DNA of 64,000 nt from Calditrichaceae bacterium (GTDB taxonomy: Bacteria; Calditrichota; Calditrichia; Calditrichales; JBFXGD01): assembly GCA_050173015.1 (NCBI GenBank), contig JBFXLE010000019.1, positions 1 to 64,000 of the forward strand, read 5' to 3'. The notes beneath the pieces were generated by a model. That model did not search any database. It had not been told where the DNA came from and saw only the letters and a program-made list of their open reading frames with translations. Shown piece by piece: positions 63,199 to 64,000 of this stretch (its first letter is position 1; the number at the start of each line of letters is the position of its first letter). The position numbers and the translations under genes are program-made.

Positions 63199-63382
63199 CT
63201 TTTGGTTTCATTAAAGAAAACTTAGATGTTTTCTCTTTTTGATAGTACTTCAAATAATATTTTCATTTTTTACCATTTGCACTCATTTCATATCTATTCC
63301 TCATCATCAGCCTTAAAACACAATCAGAAAAACATTTTATAATTATATTCCGAGAGCTTAAAGTGTACCCATTGAGATAAAT

Positions 63383-64000
63383 TTAATCATCGGGTTTGAA
63401 TACATAGAATGCCGCCACATTCGCGGCAGCCAAAAACCAAACAAACTCATTTAGGTAATATTGATAAAATATATTCGAGCCCAGAATACCAATATAAGCT
63501 GCAAAAATACCCACCATTAGAGATTTATTATGTGGAGATATAATGGTTTTGATTCGAATATGTGATTTTAATATTATCGTACCTATAACTGAATAATTAG
63601 CAAGCGCTCCTATGATACCGCCCTCTGAAAAAAACGACAAGAATACACTATGGGCCATCATATTTTTATTTGTGATTCCCGTGTACCAAAGATGATTACT
63701 ATGTGAGTAATTTATACGAAAATTATTTAATCCGACACCCGTAAGCGGATTCTCAATGAACATTTCGACACCCTGTAAAGCTATTTGCAGGTGAAGCATT
63801 GTCGATTTTGTGCGAAGAGGATTTTTATTATTCATGCCGAAAGATGTAAAAACCCCTATGATCAGATCTAAAAGGTCGGGTATGAGCAGGATGCCAAATA
63901 TTGCAACAACCACAAAAGGTGTAAGAATTTTCAACCATAAAAACCTACCAAACAATTCTTTATGATAATAAAATAGAATTACCAAAAACAATAGGAAGAG
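63383..64000 (-). CDS. O-antigen ligase/polymerase (Wzy_C) family protein, 5'-truncated by the window edge
   Basis: Frame open to the window end; hydrophobic; ENPLTGVGLNNF, AHSVFLSFFSEGGIIG. Confidence 0.8.
   Translation of the reverse strand, partial: LFLLFLVILFYYHKELFGRFLWLKILTPFVVVAIFGILLIPDLLDLIIGVFTSFGMNNKNPLRTKSTMLHLQIALQGVEMFIENPLTGVGLNNFRINYSHSNHLWYTGITNKNMMAHSVFLSFFSEGGIIGALANYSVIGTIILKSHIRIKTIISPHNKSLMVGIFAAYIGILGSNIFYQYYLNEFVWFLAAANVAAFYVFKPDD

Overview
Mostly core-chromosome DNA of a diderm bacterium. PorU, T9SS/FlgD-type C-terminal domains, the sigma54 activator-LptE-TPR cluster and bshB1 point to the FCB group, most like Calditrichota (inference). The left edge (1-~960) is the start of a type 3 BREX defence locus: brxF, a truncated DUF6079/BrxC-like gene, and a decayed excisionase-like HTH pseudogene missing from the ORF track. 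It lies just downstream of the 3' end of tmRNA (1111-1468, minus; tag ADYNYAMAA). The tmRNA precursor carries a ~96-nt hairpin with a C-rich anti-SD-like loop. The rest holds housekeeping genes (glgA, coaE, xerD, eno, rlmN, adk, upp, serS), two hybrid histidine kinases, a candidate attenuated leader before a PepSY-TM gene, an OrpR-like Cys-PAS sigma54 activator with a visible -24/-12 promoter and palindromic enhancer sites, an ECF sigma/anti-sigma pair, a PorU sortase and a CTD-bearing subtilase, a sigma-less partner-switching cluster (3 PP2C + RsbV + RsbW) beside a REC-GGDEF, and a surface-glycan locus. The most striking item is in that glycan locus: two adjacent fusions, an intact WecA-type enzyme and an intact GT2, each joined to a WcaJ/WbaP-like module whose monotopic PGT active site has decayed. 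No CRISPR, rRNA, tRNA or transposase was seen. All family calls are by eye, not from database searches.
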